From assembly GCA_019358935.1 (NCBI GenBank), contig JAHHIK010000008.1:1-64000 (forward strand): 64,000 nucleotides of DNA, in the 5' to 3' direction. The notes under the pieces were generated by a model that saw only the letters and a list, made by a program, of their open reading frames with translations, was not told where the DNA came from and did not search any database. The translations under genes and the position numbers were made by a program. The stretch is from Tolypothrix carrinoi HA7290-LM1. Lineage in GTDB: Bacteria; Cyanobacteriota; Cyanobacteriia; Cyanobacteriales; Nostocaceae. The first letter of the stretch is position 1; each line of letters opens with the position of its first letter. This document shows positions 31,362 to 41,600 of this stretch, piece after piece.

Positions 31362-32620
31362 GTTTGTTGTGAATTATTTTTCGCTACTAGTTCATAAATT
31401 TCTACTAATTCATCATTAAGCTTGTTGATATCGTAGTGCTTTTCTACATAAGCACGACCAGACGATCCCATTTGTTCCCAAATTTCTGGATGCTGAATGA
31501 AATAGCTTAATTTTTCAGATATAGCATCAACATCTCTTTCTGGGACAAGAAAACCAGAAATTCCATCTTTTACCAATTCGGGAATACCACCGTGTAGAGT
31601 TCCTATCACTGGTAAACCCATTGCCATCGCTTCTTTTAAGGTGTTGACGGGTGCATCTTGGTTTCCATCTTCAGCGGTTACGCTTGGAGCGATAAATAGA
31701 TGGGTTTTATCTAAAATTTCAATAATTTCTTTTTGGTTTTTCCAACCAAGTAAATTGACTTGCTTGGTAACACTCAGTTCTTCGATAAGCTGCTGTAAGT
31801 GTTCTTTCAAATATCCATCGCCGATAATATTATATTCGATGTTTGGATGAATATTTGCTAGTTTGGCGACGGCGCGAATGCTGTATTCTATACCTTTTTT
31901 TTCGACAAGTCTACCTGTTGTGGCTATGCGAATTTTGCCGTCGGGGTGGGGATATCGTGTTTTAAATGTAAATTTATTGCAATCTATTCCCGAACCATGT
32001 ACGACGATTTTTTTTTCATCACAACCAAGTTTAATGGCTCGTTGTCTAAAAAATTCGCAGTTTGCCAGAAAAAAATCTCCTTTGGCAAATAATTCGTTGT
32101 AAACGTCTTTGCCGCGCTCTTTTACATACGAACTGATATCGTAACCACGAAATGAAGTAATTAACTTTCCTTTGATGGCACCAATATCACGGTAAATCAT
32201 TCCATCAATTCCGTACATCCCAAACTGGCAATGAATAATATCGTATGCTTCGGTGTTTAATAAGGGTACGATCGCATACAATAACCTCAGAGAAGCAGCT
32301 CGTTTGCCATATTTGAAAATGTTAAGCGATCGCATGAACAATAAAGGAGCTTTCAAAAAATGCCGAAATACTAATTCTAGACCTTTTATCAAGCGCCACA
32401 AATAATTTTCGGGAACACGCGGGTAATAATGAGTGTGTTTTAGTAAATCATATTTTTCTACATCGGGATGCACTTTCTCAATATCATCTGTTGGATAACT
32501 ATAAATATCAACTTTGTGTCCACGCGAAATCAAACCTGTAATTTGATTAAGAATGAACGTCTCTGATAAAACTGGAAAATACTTGACTATAAAGGCGATT
32601 TTCATAGAAAAAATTTCCAA
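31292..32620 (-). CDS. Glycosyltransferase family 4, WcaL-like (start probably 32605)
   Basis: FPVLSETFI, GRLVEKKG, EAMAMGLPV. Confidence 0.9.
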   Translation of the reverse strand: MEIFSMKIAFIVKYFPVLSETFILNQITGLISRGHKVDIYSYPTDDIEKVHPDVEKYDLLKHTHYYPRVPENYLWRLIKGLELVFRHFLKAPLLFMRSLNIFKYGKRAASLRLLYAIVPLLNTEAYDIIHCQFGMYGIDGMIYRDIGAIKGKLITSFRGYDISSYVKERGKDVYNELFAKGDFFLANCEFFRQRAIKLGCDEKKIVVHGSGIDCNKFTFKTRYPHPDGKIRIATTGRLVEKKGIEYSIRAVAKLANIHPNIEYNIIGDGYLKEHLQQLIEELSVTKQVNLLGWKNQKEIIEILDKTHLFIAPSVTAEDGNQDAPVNTLKEAMAMGLPVIGTLHGGIPELVKDGISGFLVPERDVDAISEKLSYFIQHPEIWEQMGSSGRAYVEKHYDINKLNDELVEIYELVAKNNSQQTSDRNRVASYSNSTRWYSRINRT

Positions 32621-32967
32621 TTTACTACATTGTGAACTTTTTTTAAGATAATATTTTTTGCGGATGAAAAAACACTTTTTAGGACACCTTTATAATTTCT
32701 TTAAATAAACAAACTTAATTAAAAGCTTATCTGAAGATATTAAATTTGTTCCGAGGTAAGAATCACCTTCAAAGGCTTATATAGATGGCTGATGGATGCG
32801 AAAAAATATTATTTTCACAGATGAAATTATATTATTTTCATATTTTCCTACACAAGTCAAGTACCATCGGACGGTTATTTTTTAATTGCCAAGGAAGAAA
32901 AATAATAAAGTAGAATCAGGCAAAGATACGATCAAAATTAGTAACTTTGCAGGATTTTACTTTTATT

Positions 32968-34512
32968 ATGTCTTTAACTGAAGAGATACTTTCACAATTA
33001 CCGGGTGATGTTTTGGTCCGATTGCGTCGCAGCGATCGCACTTTGGCATCCCTGAGGGAAAACAACGCATCCATACCAACAATAGTCAAAGAAAGTCAGC
33101 AGTCTTTGGGTGCTGTGGATTGGGATGTTGTTATCTGCGGTGGCACTTTAGGCATTTTAATTGGTTGCGCTTTAGCTTTGAAAGGCTTGCGGGTAGCGTT
33201 GATTGAGCGCTTTATTTTGCGTGGTAGAGAGCAAGAGTGGAATATTTCTCGCAAAGAGTTAGAAGTATTTTTGGAATTAAATTTGCTGACACACGAGGAA
33301 TTAAATCAGGCGATCGCAACCGTTTATAATCCCGCACGAGTCAGCTTTCAAGGTGGTACAGAAGTCTGGGTAGAAAATGTACTGAATATCGGCGTAGACC
33401 CAGTATATCTACTGAATACCTTAAAAGAGCGATTTCTTGCCGCTGGCGGTAAATTGTTTGAAAACACGCCATTTACAGAAGCTGTAGTTCATCCAGATGG
33501 TGTGATGGTTGCTGGCAGCAAGTTCAAAACCAGATTGTTAATTGATGCGATGGGACATCTTTCTCCCATCACGCAGCAAGCACGACAAGGAAAAAAACCA
33601 GATGCTTTGTGTCTAGTTGTGGGAAGTTGCGCTCAAGGATTTCCGGAAAATGATTCTGGCGACTTGTTGTTATCATTCACATCCTTGCAGAATCAATGTC
33701 AGTACTTCTGGGAAGCTTTCCCGGCAAAAGATGGTAGAACCACCTACATGTTTACCTACATGGATGCACATCCACAACGCTTGGGTTTAGAAGCTCTTTT
33801 TGAGGATTATCTTCGCTTGATGCCAGAATATCAGGGTGTGGCATTAAGTCAGCTGAAGTTGCAAAGAGCGCTGTTTGGCTTTTTTCCCACTTATCGTCAA
33901 AGTCCTCTAAAAACTTGTTGGAATCGCATTCTACCAGTGGGAGATAGCAGCGGTAATCAATCCCCATTAAGTTTTGGTGGTTTTGGGGCAATGGTGCGTC
34001 ACTTAAAGCGTTTAACATTGGGCATTCATGAAGCGCTGGAAACAAATCAATTATCTGCAAAGTCGCTCTCTATACTACAACCATATCAGCCAAGTTTGAC
34101 TGTGACTTGGCTATTTCAAAAGGCGATGAGTGCAGGTGTAAATCAAAAAATTGCTCCAGAACAAATTAACCAATTACTCTCGGCGGTATTTCAAGAAATG
34201 CAACAGTTAGGCGAACCAGTACTTAAGCCATTTTTGCAAGATGTGGTGCAGTTTCCGGCACTAACGCAAACACTTTTAAAAACGGGTTTGGCGCATCCGG
34301 GATTGATTGCCAAAGTGATACCGCAAGTAGGTTTAACAAGTTTGCTAGATTGGACGGTGCATTATGGCAATTTAGGTATTTATTCTGTTTTATTTCGGCT
34401 GAGTCCAATGCTAGAACCGTGGATAAAAAGTTTGCCCAGCGAACAACAATATTATTGGCATCGTTTGGTTGATGCTTGGAAATATGGTTCTGGTGGTGAC
34501 TATTCTGATTGA
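32968..34512 (+). CDS. cruP: FAD-dependent oxidoreductase, CruP-like lycopene cyclase paralogue (start reassigned to ATG 32968)
   Basis: GGTLG FAD motif, REQEWNISR, GDSSGNQSPLSFGGFG, ~515 aa. Confidence 0.7.
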   Translation: MSLTEEILSQLPGDVLVRLRRSDRTLASLRENNASIPTIVKESQQSLGAVDWDVVICGGTLGILIGCALALKGLRVALIERFILRGREQEWNISRKELEVFLELNLLTHEELNQAIATVYNPARVSFQGGTEVWVENVLNIGVDPVYLLNTLKERFLAAGGKLFENTPFTEAVVHPDGVMVAGSKFKTRLLIDAMGHLSPITQQARQGKKPDALCLVVGSCAQGFPENDSGDLLLSFTSLQNQCQYFWEAFPAKDGRTTYMFTYMDAHPQRLGLEALFEDYLRLMPEYQGVALSQLKLQRALFGFFPTYRQSPLKTCWNRILPVGDSSGNQSPLSFGGFGAMVRHLKRLTLGIHEALETNQLSAKSLSILQPYQPSLTVTWLFQKAMSAGVNQKIAPEQINQLLSAVFQEMQQLGEPVLKPFLQDVVQFPALTQTLLKTGLAHPGLIAKVIPQVGLTSLLDWTVHYGNLGIYSVLFRLSPMLEPWIKSLPSEQQYYWHRLVDAWKYGSGGDYSD

Positions 34513-34556
34513 TAATTTGAGAAAAATTCAACTTCAACGAGGTTTGTGAGAATAAT

Positions 34557-35261
34557 ATGATAGAACGGCAATCTCAAGGGATAAAATACTTTGCGGTACT
34601 AATTGGTTTATTACGCGATCGCCAAGCATTTCTAGAAGAAATTCGCGAAGGAACGAGATTACCAAGTAAAATCATTTCTCTACTAGTTTGCAGTTCGATA
34701 TTTATTGCGATTTATGGCGGAATTATCGGTGCATATCATAGTTGGATGCAAGCTTTATCTTCCGCTGTAAAACTGCCATCTCTCTATTTAATCACGTTGC
34801 TGATTTGTCTGCCGACGTTGTATTTTTCTAATGTTATTTTTGGTTCAAGGCGGAATTTTCCTCAACATTTTGCATTGGTGCTAACTGCGGTTTCAATAAC
34901 AAGTGTGTTGTTATTCAGTTTTGCACCAATCACACTGTTTTTCTTGATAACGACTAATAATTACCAGTTTTTAATTCTGTTAAATGTAGTTATCTTTGCT
35001 TTAACTGGATTTATTGGAATTTCTTCTTTATATCAAGCAACCAGCTTGGTTTTAGAGCAAGATAATCAAGGTAGCAATACCCGCAAGAAAATCTTACAAT
35101 TTTGGTTATTACTTTATGCTTTTGTAGGTAGTCAGTTAGGGTGGACTCTCAGACCATTTTTCGGCACACCTGATTCTCCTTTTCAACTGTTTCGAGAAAG
35201 GGAAGGCAACTTTTATTTGAGTATTATTCAGGCTATTGGCTACCTTTTAGGGTTTCGTTAG
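34557..35261 (+). CDS. Yip1-like five-TM membrane protein, paralogue A
   Basis: Hydrophobic segments; QLGWTLRPFFG motif shared with next gene. Confidence 0.75.
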   Translation: MIERQSQGIKYFAVLIGLLRDRQAFLEEIREGTRLPSKIISLLVCSSIFIAIYGGIIGAYHSWMQALSSAVKLPSLYLITLLICLPTLYFSNVIFGSRRNFPQHFALVLTAVSITSVLLFSFAPITLFFLITTNNYQFLILLNVVIFALTGFIGISSLYQATSLVLEQDNQGSNTRKKILQFWLLLYAFVGSQLGWTLRPFFGTPDSPFQLFREREGNFYLSIIQAIGYLLGFR

Positions 35262-35456
35262 TGGATAGTGGGAGCGTTGATAGTAGATAGTAGATAGTGG
35301 ATAGTGGGTAGTGGTTAGTGGGAGCGTAGATAGTGGATAGTGGATAGTGGGAGCGTAGATAGTGGTTAGTGGATAGTAGATAGCAACGCTCGAACTGACA
35401 ACCAACAACTAACAACCAACAACTAACAACTAACAAATAACAAATAACAACCAACA
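35258..35456. repeat. STRR heptamer arrays (TAGTGGA/TAGTAGA then AACAACT/AACAACC)
   Basis: Directly visible. Confidence 0.88.
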
Positions 35457-35464
35457 AAATTAAT

Positions 35465-36172
35465 ATGCTTCATAAACAATCTCGTCAAATCAAGCACTTT
35501 GCTATTCTGATTAGTTTACTACGCGATCGCCAAAATTTTCTCGAAGAAATTCGTCAGGGAACGGGATTACAAAGTAAAACTACTTCTCTGTTTGTTTCTA
35601 GTTCTATTTTCTTTGCCATATATGGGGGAATTATTGGTGCATCTCATAGTTGGGCACAGGCATTATCTGGTGCGATTAAACTACCAGCGTTTTACTTATT
35701 AACGCTTATCATTTGTTTTCCAACTTTGTTCTTTTTTAATGTTTTATTTGGTTCCCGTAGCAGTATTCAACAGCATTTTGTTGTGTTGCTCACAGCTGTG
35801 TCAGTGATTAGTGTTTTGTTATTCAGCTTGGCACCAGTTACGCTGTTTTTTATGATTACTGCTCCAGATTCTTATCAATTTTTTAAGCTGTTGAATGTGT
35901 TAGTTTTTGGCATCACAGGTGCATTTGGGGTTAAGTTCCTTTATGAAGGAATGCAGTTACTTTCTCAACAAGATGAGGTAGGAAAACGAACCCGCACGAC
36001 TATTTTAAGATCCTGGCTATTTCTCTATGCTTTTGTGGGGATGCAGTTAGGATGGTTTCTCAGACCATTTTTTGGGGCACCTGGAACTAAATTTGAGTTG
36101 TTTCGGGCAGTGCAAGGTAACTTTTACCTTGATATTGTAGCAGCGATGTCAGAGATTTTCGGTTTTCGTTAA
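35465..36172 (+). CDS. Yip1-like five-TM membrane protein, paralogue B
   Basis: Colinear with 34557..35261. Confidence 0.75.
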   Translation: MLHKQSRQIKHFAILISLLRDRQNFLEEIRQGTGLQSKTTSLFVSSSIFFAIYGGIIGASHSWAQALSGAIKLPAFYLLTLIICFPTLFFFNVLFGSRSSIQQHFVVLLTAVSVISVLLFSLAPVTLFFMITAPDSYQFFKLLNVLVFGITGAFGVKFLYEGMQLLSQQDEVGKRTRTTILRSWLFLYAFVGMQLGWFLRPFFGAPGTKFELFRAVQGNFYLDIVAAMSEIFGFR

Positions 36173-36194
36173 TAGTGCCTTAAATTTTGCCCGA

Positions 36195-36305
36195 ACGACT
36201 AAAAGTCGCGGCTATACAAACAAAGTCCGCCTACGCGGACTAATAATTTTAAAGCCTGTGAAGACAGGCTTTGTTCGTTTAGCCCCACCCTTCTAGGGTG
36301 AGGGT
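36195..36305. repeat. Multi-hairpin REP/MITE-like element
   Basis: CGACT/AGTCG, AGTCCGC/GCGGACT, AAAGCCTGT/ACAGGCTTT, CACCC/GGGTG stems. Confidence 0.65.
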
Positions 36306-36312
36306 AATTTTA

Positions 36313-36855
36313 TCACCCCAACAATTCATCAACTGATACATTGAAACCTTTTAACATTTGAGTGCTGACAATTTCACTATCAGTAAACACAAGTCGCTGA
36401 TTTTTGGTAATCGTAATTATCCAACGATTTTCGGGAAACACTAACCAAACTTCTTCGCATCCAGACTGCAAATATTCTTGAGATTTAGCAATTACATCTT
36501 CAGCCAAATCTGTAGGAGAAACTATCTCAGCAATTAGTGGGAAACTTTGGGGTAAAACAGCAGGTTCACCAAACTGGGTAATTAGTTCTGGTGTGAGATA
36601 AGCAACATCAGGAACACGTCCTTGTTTGTTGGTGCGACAAGCTACTTCTGTATAAACTTCTCCCCCTTGTCCGCTAGACTCTTTGTAATTTCTCCAGTAA
36701 ACTGCTACATTAGCTTGAATCCGACTATGTTTAAGTGTCACTCCGTTTTTCTCCACTAATTGCCCATCCACCCATTCTGTATTCTCAGGGGGATTTTGCA
36801 TCCAGTCTTCTAATGAAAATGTTGATACATTTGCAAGAATTGTAGAAGTTATCAT
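36313..36855 (-). CDS. Uma2-family putative endonuclease
   Basis: EWVDGQL, RVPDVAY, LIAEIVSP, Y...G..EVWLVFP. Confidence 0.9.
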   Translation of the reverse strand: MITSTILANVSTFSLEDWMQNPPENTEWVDGQLVEKNGVTLKHSRIQANVAVYWRNYKESSGQGGEVYTEVACRTNKQGRVPDVAYLTPELITQFGEPAVLPQSFPLIAEIVSPTDLAEDVIAKSQEYLQSGCEEVWLVFPENRWIITITKNQRLVFTDSEIVSTQMLKGFNVSVDELLG

Positions 36856-36890
36856 TAATATCTATTCTCCTTTGACAGCGGTTACTAAAA

Positions 36891-39242
36891 TTATGGCTGA
36901 TTATTTATGAAAGCATCCATAGCTGTTTGTACTTTCTCAATTTGTTTGGGTGCTTGCATTTCGTGAAAAAGAGCGATCGCACTCTCAAAATTTTCTCTAC
37001 TCTGGTTAACTTCACCTTTTTTTTGATTAGTTAATGCTAATTGATAATAAGCTTCAGCTAAATCACATTTTGCGCCTATTTTGTCAAGGATTTTTATTGA
37101 TTCTAAATGATGCAAAAGCGATTTCTCAAATTCTTGCTGTTCTCGATACAGTTCCCCTAAACAACTTATCGCTTTCGCTTTCACCTGAGCAAAGTGATTT
37201 TCTTCAGCATATAATATAGCTCTTTCACATAACTCGAATGATTTTGGGATATTTCCTAAATTTTTATAAGTGAAACATAAAAATAATAAGTTATATCCAG
37301 TTCCCCAAGCTGTCAATTTAGTTGTAGACATGGCTGTTTCCACCTTTTCAGCTAGGGAAAAAGCCTCTTCTGTTAGCTCTAAACACGAGTTGACGAAAGC
37401 CAGACAGCATTCTGAATAAACGATATACTCATATGAAGTTTCAGTTTGTTCTACAATCGAGCAAACCGAATTGAAAAAGAATTTAGCTTCTTCAAGCTCC
37501 CATAACTCCATTTTGCAGAGTCCTATATTAAACAAGGGAGATATTTTCAGGATGTTAAGTTCAAATTTTTCTACAATTATCCTTGACTCTTGATGGCATT
37601 CTAAAGCTGTGGAAACTCTTCCAATTAATCGATAACTATAACCGAGAATATTATAAAGCCTACTACGTTTATCATGACAGCTAATATTGTCGATTATCTG
37701 CGTTATTACAGAAATGATTTTTTGAATTAAACCTAATTGATAAAATGAACAGCCTAATGGTAAAGTAATTTTTTGTTTATTATCTCTTCTATAAAGAATC
37801 ACACCACCCGCTTGTTCCAAATCATTAATTTCCAGAAAGTGATAATAAGCCTCCAAAGCGCTTAAGGCATCAGTTGTATTTTCGACTTCTGTAATTATCT
37901 GCCTCCAAAAGTCTGCGGCTTTTCGATTGACTAATTCCCATTCTTCACTTACTAATCTAAGTCTGCCAATCGCTTCATCTCTAATTACTGGGTGCAGCCA
38001 ATATTGCCCTTTTTTAGCTTCTATTAACGATAAATCTTGCAAGGCTTTAATCACACGTCTGCGTTGTTGTTCAGGTACATCCCAAAGCAAACAGAAAATT
38101 CCCTCTATGGGTACTGAAGGAATATCTTGATAGCGATAGCATCCCAAACGACACAAAAGACGATAAGCTTCTAAATCTATTTGTTGTAATCGATTAAACT
38201 GGCTTGCAACTAAATCTTTTAACTCTCTTTCGATTAGCAAATCTGTAGAGTTTTCTTGCCAATATGCATCTATATCACCTTGAAAATCTGTGAATATTGC
38301 TCCTCTGAGAATTTGCATTGCTTTGGCATTACCTCCATAAGCTCTGCACATTTCATTCAGGACGTTTGAATTACAATTTATGTTACGACTGCTGAAAAAT
38401 TGTTGCCATACCTGCTCATCTAAACCTTCTAATGAGTAAAGATGAACTTCTAGACTCGACTCACGCAGACGCTCACGACTTGTGACTAAAGTAACTGAAT
38501 GCACATCCGAATCGCTTAATACTCTTAATAGTTCCACATAAGGACGACGAGATTCTAAAAACTTACCATTTTTCTCAAGGGCAGTTTCCAAATTGTCAAT
38601 AAATACGCCAATTTTCCGAGATTGATTTCTCAGCTTTCGTCGCAGTCGCTCTAAGTTTATCCCAAAATCTCTTCCTGGTTCTTCATTAAAATCTCGCCGC
38701 AACCATTCTTCAACTACACTCTCTACAGGGGTGAGGTTTTGGATTTCTGTTGCCATCCACAGTTCTAAAACAAAGTCGAAATTTTGCGCTTTGAAATACT
38801 TACGAGCTAGAGTTGTTTTGCCTACACCACCTTCCGCTTGAATGAGAATCACTTTCGCACCACTGTTGATGATGTTGTGGAGTTCAGCTATTTCGCGATC
38901 GCGTCCCAAAAAGTTAGAATCAATACTTGATCTAACGCCATTTGTCAATTCAATACTTGCGCTGTTGTTGCCATACTGCTGTTTCCATCGTTCCACTGCG
39001 CTTTGAAAGCTTCCCTTTGTGATTTTTTCTCCCAATACCTCTGAGAGTAACTGCCAAAGTGCCGCTCCAACTTCTTTTAAATATACAGACGAGTATGCAC
39101 AACTCTTTGCAATGTCGTCATACGTCTTTCTTTGATCCTGCCATAAATCAGAAAATATAATCCTTTGGGGTTGTTCTAAGTGTCTCCCTGTTTTTACAAA
39201 CACCAATCTGTCGGCAAATTCTAAGGCTTCTTCCGCACCCAT
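36891..39242 (-). CDS. N-terminal HTH (vWA-MoxR-associated type) + STAND/NB-ARC-like NTPase + TPR protein
   Basis: FLGRDREI, AEGGVGKTT, FIDNLE, VTSRE, LHPVI, C-terminal TPR helices. Confidence 0.82.
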   Translation of the reverse strand: MGAEEALEFADRLVFVKTGRHLEQPQRIIFSDLWQDQRKTYDDIAKSCAYSSVYLKEVGAALWQLLSEVLGEKITKGSFQSAVERWKQQYGNNSASIELTNGVRSSIDSNFLGRDREIAELHNIINSGAKVILIQAEGGVGKTTLARKYFKAQNFDFVLELWMATEIQNLTPVESVVEEWLRRDFNEEPGRDFGINLERLRRKLRNQSRKIGVFIDNLETALEKNGKFLESRRPYVELLRVLSDSDVHSVTLVTSRERLRESSLEVHLYSLEGLDEQVWQQFFSSRNINCNSNVLNEMCRAYGGNAKAMQILRGAIFTDFQGDIDAYWQENSTDLLIERELKDLVASQFNRLQQIDLEAYRLLCRLGCYRYQDIPSVPIEGIFCLLWDVPEQQRRRVIKALQDLSLIEAKKGQYWLHPVIRDEAIGRLRLVSEEWELVNRKAADFWRQIITEVENTTDALSALEAYYHFLEINDLEQAGGVILYRRDNKQKITLPLGCSFYQLGLIQKIISVITQIIDNISCHDKRSRLYNILGYSYRLIGRVSTALECHQESRIIVEKFELNILKISPLFNIGLCKMELWELEEAKFFFNSVCSIVEQTETSYEYIVYSECCLAFVNSCLELTEEAFSLAEKVETAMSTTKLTAWGTGYNLLFLCFTYKNLGNIPKSFELCERAILYAEENHFAQVKAKAISCLGELYREQQEFEKSLLHHLESIKILDKIGAKCDLAEAYYQLALTNQKKGEVNQSRENFESAIALFHEMQAPKQIEKVQTAMDAFINNQP

Positions 39243-39660
39243 TGGTTATTGAAGTTGAAGTATCGTTTTTTCTTCAATGTAGCGTGATTTTTCCTACTTT
39301 TTCCAACTTCTTCCCATACAACCTACTTTTTCCCACCAATTTCGTCAGTAAAACTACCCACTTAATCCGGCTGACAAGCTATAAATTATTCAATACACTT
39401 TATAGTATGAAAGATAAAGTTTACTACCCAGCTTTAAAGGGCACAATCTCCAGAAATGCTCAGAGTTAATTTGGTGAGGAGATATTTTTTATAACTCTGA
39501 TACTGCGGTGAAAGAAGGAGTGTTAGTAATTGTGCCAACAGTACATACATAAATGACTAATTAAAGCTGTGTTATCTAAAACTACCTGAGGTATTTACTG
39601 ACTCAATTGAGGAAAACGTCCGAACATTTACTAGCTAACTCTTGATTACGGGGTTAAATT

Positions 39661-39924
39661 ATGTTCCCAAAAGACTGTCCTCACGATTGCGAAAACAATC
39701 ATTGTCCTTTTGCCCAAGACACGCATAATCCTAACAGATATGTCTGCCTGAAGTGCGGTTTTGATAGAGAAATAGATCGAAATCGATTTAGTTTTGGTTC
39801 ATTTTTGCTGCTTATTTTCACCATGCTGGTAATAGTATCGCTGTTAGCTAATGATGGTAAGCAAAATAAAAAATCAGTGCCAGAAAAGCCAAAGCAACCT
39901 TCTTTATCATCCATCATCTTGTAA
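39661..39924 (+). CDS. Small Cys-rich membrane-anchored protein
   Basis: CPHDC-C-CLKC followed by one TM segment. Confidence 0.6.
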   Translation: MFPKDCPHDCENNHCPFAQDTHNPNRYVCLKCGFDREIDRNRFSFGSFLLLIFTMLVIVSLLANDGKQNKKSVPEKPKQPSLSSIIL

Positions 39925-39972
39925 ACGCGATTCAGCTTTTTTTAATCAGCAACATAATGTGAGTGTAAAACT

Positions 39973-40200
39973 ATGACTACGAATCAATATACGCCTTTGA
40001 TGCGATTGGTTTCCAAAATTCTCAAGTATTTCTTGTTGGTAATGTTAGGCTTTGCGATCGCCTACATTTTATCAACGGCTTTTAATGCCTTACCTATTGC
40101 CAAAATACTACTACCTTTAGTAGTAACTTGGTTTCAAAAGTTAGGAATTATTCTCTTGTGTTTGTTAGCAGCAGCAGTAATTCTTGAATCTTGGCGTTAA
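39973..40200 (+). CDS. Small membrane protein
   Basis: 75 aa, two hydrophobic segments. Confidence 0.6.
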   Translation: MTTNQYTPLMRLVSKILKYFLLVMLGFAIAYILSTAFNALPIAKILLPLVVTWFQKLGIILLCLLAAAVILESWR

Positions 40201-40247
40201 AAATTGAGGAAGTAGGGAATGTCATATCTTGCACCAACCTTCTCGTT

Positions 40248-40362
40248 CACCAAGAAATAAATTTCTTGGCTCAAAGCTAAAGTCCGTTAAAACGGACTGA
40301 AATGCATATCTAGTCCGTTTTAACGGACTTTAACTATTAGCCTTGAACTTAAGTTCAAGGCT
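40248..40362. repeat. Multi-hairpin REP/MITE-like element
   Basis: CCAAGAAAT/ATTTCTTGG, AGTCCGTTAAAACGGACT and its inverse, GCCTTGAACT/AGTTCAAGGC. Confidence 0.75.
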
Positions 40363-40625
40363 TGCTTAAGGCGAGGTGTATTTCTCTGAATAATGCTTCT
40401 TGTTTCTCTATTTCCCTATCTTCCTTTAGCATTCAGAAACTTGAGTTGTTGATATCTCATATCCCCGACTTCGTAAAAGTTGTCGGGGATATGAACAGCG
40501 TATCTTAATTTATGTTAAATTACTAATTTATCCACTTCAGCTGTATGCTAAGGTTAATTAAATTATCTAAAAATAGATTAAATATAAATAAATTCTTAAG
40601 ATGTTGACATTATCCCAACAAATTA

Positions 40626-40955
40626 ATGCTCGATTTCAACACCATAAGTGAGTTATCCCGCGCCAACTGCGTGAGTATTTGTGCATTTCTCGTGCCAGCC
40701 AACTTACTGGCAACATCCTCGACAATCATCTTGGCAGCACTACGCCGCCCAACACGTCAAGTATGGCAAGCGTGTACAATTGCCACGTTTTTCGCTGTAG
40801 TGATGATATTACATGTCTATACTTGGTTTGCGATCGGCGTCGTCATGGCTCCTACTTATATCCTCATGTGGCTAGCAATCACCTGTTTGCTGTCTAATTT
40901 CGGAGCGATTCTGCTGCAAAGACACTTCCCTAAGATCCTCAGCTTCGGAAGATAA
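40626..40955 (+). CDS. Hypothetical membrane protein
   Basis: 109 aa, three hydrophobic segments (ICAFLVPANLLAT...GVVMAPTYIL). Confidence 0.75.
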   Translation: MLDFNTISELSRANCVSICAFLVPANLLATSSTIILAALRRPTRQVWQACTIATFFAVVMILHVYTWFAIGVVMAPTYILMWLAITCLLSNFGAILLQRHFPKILSFGR

Positions 40956-40995
40956 AGCGTCTTTGCACCCTAGGACTGTAAATCACTAGCTCACG

Positions 40996-41021
40996 AAAAA
41001 GCCTGCTCCCGGCAGGCTTTT
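40996..41021. terminator. Probable intrinsic (possibly bidirectional) terminator
   Basis: AAAAA-GCCTGC-TCCCG-GCAGGC-TTTT. Confidence 0.65.
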
Positions 41022-41140
41022 AAATACTAAAATTGCAAAAAACCTATACCTATAAGCCGCATTCCCTACTCAATTACTAACTGATTGACAATTGATGGCT
41101 TAGAATAAAAAGGTTGTCAAAAATTGCGATATCTGCTGTC

Positions 41141-41314
41141 ATGGCTGTTCCTAAGAAGAAAACATCGAAGTCCAAAAGAGATAAACGCCGAGCTACCTGG
41201 AGGCACAAAGCTGTAATTGAAGCTCAGAAAGCTCTCTCCTTAGGCAAGTCGATTTTGTCTGGACGTTCTACATTTGTCTATCCAACTGCTGAAGAAGAGG
41301 AAGAAGAAGAATAA
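41141..41314 (+). CDS. rpmF: 50S ribosomal protein L32 (start ATG 41141)
   Basis: [20 protein letters not shown]. Confidence 0.95.
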   Translation: MAVPKKKTSKSKRDKRRATWRHKAVIEAQKALSLGKSILSGRSTFVYPTAEEEEEEE

Positions 41315-41600
41315 TTTCCTCTTGAATAGGTAGTCCGGAAAAGCTAATCGAGTTAATGAGAAATTGGTAATCGGTAATTGGGAACACCTATTACCGATGA
41401 CCGATGACCAAGGCGTAAATAATCGTATAAAGATTAATTAAGTAAATGAGTGTAAGATAAACGCGCTTTAATGTAGTGAGCGGCTCTATCCTTTGAAAGC
41501 TTTGCTATGAGCGGTAAACCGCTCACTACGTATTAGGAGTACATTTTATATTTAATTACGCTCACTTACTTATCTTCAGAAAACTTATTTTTTTTCAATT

